Shown here piece after piece: positions 15,257 through 15,935 of a DNA stretch of 15,935 bases. The position numbers were made by a program, and so were the translations under genes. This stretch comes from Candidatus Rokuibacteriota bacterium (GTDB taxonomy: Bacteria > Methylomirabilota > Methylomirabilia > Rokubacteriales > DASRDR01). The first letter of the stretch is position 1. Each line of letters opens with the position of its first letter. The notes below the pieces were generated by a model, which did no database searches, was not told where the DNA came from, and worked only from the letters and a program-made list of their open reading frames with translations. Where the stretch lies: positions 1 to 15,935 of the forward strand of contig JBIOTN010000124.1 of NCBI GenBank assembly GCA_044866005.1. The letters are read 5' to 3'.

Positions 15257-15935
15257 ATGAGCGCGCGCGTCCTCGTCGTCGACAACGACGCCGAGCAGGT
15301 GGACCTGCTGGTCGCGGTGCTCCGGCGGGACGGGTACGAGGTGAGCGGCGCGACCGACGCGGCCGCCGCGCTGGCCGCGCTCGAGGAAGCGGAGCCCGCC
15401 GTCGTCCTCACGGACCTCCGCATGGAGGGCATGGACGGGCTCGCCCTGCTGCGTGAAGTCCGCGCGCGCGCGCCGGCGGCGCGCGTGATCCTCATGACGG
15501 CGTTCGGCAGCCTGGAGACCGCGATCGCCGCGATCCGGCAGGGCGCCTTCGACTACCTCACCAAGCCGTTCAAGCTCGACGAGGTGACCCTGGCCGTCCA
15601 GCGGGCCCTCGACGACCGTGCGCTCCGCGAAGAGAACCAGCGGCTCCGCGGCGAGGTCGCCCGGCGCTACGGCTGGGACCGCCTGGTCGGCGCCTCGCGC
15701 GCGATGCAGGCCGCGCTCGACGTGCTGCGCGCCGTGGCGACGAGCGATGCGAGCGTCCTGATCCTCGGCGAGTCCGGCACCGGCAAGGAGCTCGCGGCGC
15801 GTGCCCTCCACCACGCCAGCCCGCGCAGCCGGGGACCCTTCATCCCCGTCAACTGCGCCGCCATCCCGGAGCCGCTCCTCGAGGCCGAGCTGTTCGGCCA
15901 CGAGAAGGGCGCCTTCTCCGGAGCCGACCGCCGCC
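15257..15935 (+). CDS. Sigma-54-dependent response regulator (NtrC/AtoC family), 3' end beyond the window
   Basis: Translated by hand from ATG 15257: receiver VLVVDND...VLTDLRM.GMDG...LMTAFG...[12 protein letters not shown]+ [40 protein letters not shown]; absent from the ORF track because it has no stop in the window. Confidence 0.93.
   Translation, partial: MSARVLVVDNDAEQVDLLVAVLRRDGYEVSGATDAAAALAALEEAEPAVVLTDLRMEGMDGLALLREVRARAPAARVILMTAFGSLETAIAAIRQGAFDYLTKPFKLDEVTLAVQRALDDRALREENQRLRGEVARRYGWDRLVGASRAMQAALDVLRAVATSDASVLILGESGTGKELAARALHHASPRSRGPFIPVNCAAIPEPLLEAELFGHEKGAFSGADRR

Noticed and set aside
12646..15901. 949-aa and 246-aa - strand ORFs and the 765-aa + strand ORF 12963..15260
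   Set aside because: Shadows of ligD-Pol, kinase and response regulator; typical antisense translations of high-GC genes

Overview
Very GC-rich (roughly 70-75% by eye), densely coding bacterial chromosomal segment; MlaA/VacJ indicates a diderm. Gene content and GC-rich intergenic hairpins are reminiscent of Rokubacteria-like soil lineages (inference only). Gene order: pdhB(-), pdhA(-) (2-oxoacid dehydrogenase E1 pair), an internally duplicated membrane protein(+), a small basic protein(+), a structured intergenic element, Cys-less MlaA(-), DUF2628-like membrane protein(-), F420/LLM oxidoreductase(-), amidohydrolase-2(-), amidase(+), BT1/folate-biopterin-type MFS transporter(+, probable CTG start), Gci-like enolase-superfamily enzyme(-). 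Then comes a tightly packed + strand run: ACT-domain protein, an unannotated ~195-199 aa YaaA/DUF6884-like protein, a stand-alone LigD-type primase-polymerase, a HAMP histidine kinase and a sigma-54 response regulator cut by the window end. No mobile element, CRISPR array, tRNA or rRNA was seen. The best candidate for an undescribed system is the YaaA/DUF6884-like gene coupled to a Ku-less, ligase-less LigD polymerase domain, a possible DNA gap/oxidative-damage repair module. Family calls come from motif recognition by eye, not from database searches.
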